The translations under genes and the position numbers were made by a program. From NCBI GenBank assembly GCA_023515725.1, contig JALDTO010000208.1:778534-842533 (forward strand): a stretch of 64,000 nt of DNA, read 5' to 3'. Shown piece by piece: positions 63,315 to 64,000 of this stretch; the stretch's first letter is position 1, and every line of letters starts with the position of its first letter. The notes below the pieces were generated by a model. The model had not been told where the DNA came from and searched no databases. It was given only the letters and a program-made list of their open reading frames with translations. The stretch is from Amoeboaphelidium protococcarum X5. Its lineage: Eukaryota > Fungi > Aphelidiomycota.

Positions 63315-64000
63315 TCAGCATTGGAATTTAGATACACCGACTATGGTCCAACACTAAGAATCAGACAAGGAGTCGACATCGGCTCTAACACGAGAAGATG
63401 GACACAAGGCAGTGAGTGGCAGAGATACTGACTAATCTTGATCAGCCCGGCTAGTACCTAGATATTTAATAGCGTGCCCATTTTATGATACTTCAACGAC
63501 TTACAGTGCCACCCGATGCATTTAGCTCACGTAACAATCAGTCTGCTGCGAGTCCAAAATCACTTGATTGTCCTTTCCCAGTCTGACGATCCTGCAAACA
63601 ACATCCATATTCATTGCATCCGTCTCCACAGGACTGAGGACAACATGTGTATTGTAAGCGATCGGTGTGCCAGCAGGTGCGTAAACTCTCGAACCATCAC
63701 GGCAAGTAAGCAGGGAACGAACAATCATGGGGGTCCAGTCTTGAGAGTCAGCAGTTAAGTGTCGTCGATGCTATAACTGATTCTATGGCAATGTCTACCC
63801 AACATTTATATAACGCGTTCGCACATTTTAACAATTGATACGGTTAAAAAATGCTACATTATCACCACATAGAATGGCACCCACAGGTGCTTTGATACCG
63901 GGCCGACCCAATGAAGCAGTCTGACCATGCTGTTTAGATTTGGTAACTTTCTTGGAAGGCTTTGATATAAGCTAGATGTTGCACGATAAAGCTTCATATA
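63315..64000 (-). CDS. CSL (RBP-J/Su(H)/LAG-1; fungal Cbf11/12) transcription factor, 3' part (beta-trefoil domain); 5' end outside window
   Basis: IQLISKPSKK, GDNVAFFNRINC[TAA]NVRTRY, VS[TAA]MHRVAL, CWTIVGVSK correspond to CSL IKVISKPSKK, VALFNRLRSQTVSTRY, VSQLHKCAF, WTII. Confidence 0.85.

Overview
Gene-dense, intron-poor eukaryotic (fungus-related) nuclear DNA that uses a non-standard genetic code: TAA and TAG encode Gln and TGA is the only stop. The supplied standard-code ORF track therefore shreds nearly every gene. Re-read with TAR=Gln, about 33 genes or gene fragments resolve into clean frames ending in TGA, with a few 45-80 bp GT-AG introns. The code plus the gene content (fungalysin, GPI-type tyrosinases, PhK alpha/beta, CSL, CIN85-like adaptor) best fits an aphelid such as Amoeboaphelidium protococcarum; this is an inference, not verified. 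Highlights: (1) a ~1.66 kb non-autonomous Helitron with 3' hairpin + CTAG, a decayed helicase tail and an intact tandem-OB-fold-like cargo gene that is invisible in the ORF track; (2) an intact ~4.6 kb two-gene Plavaka (CMC/EnSpm-type) transposon written in the host code, inserted between two paralogous surface tyrosinases; (3) a junction of two diverged copies of an AspRS/MFS block, carrying a 20-bp inverted-repeat mini-element and a Crinkler-type header-NTPase-nuclease gene whose Walker A lies C-terminal to the nuclease; (4) unusual architectures: a GT8-GT34 fusion, PhK with an inserted ILEI/GG lectin domain, a secreted chlorophyllase-like hydrolase, and a cytosolic-type AspRS with a mitochondrial-like leader. 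All family assignments are by motif recognition, not database searches.
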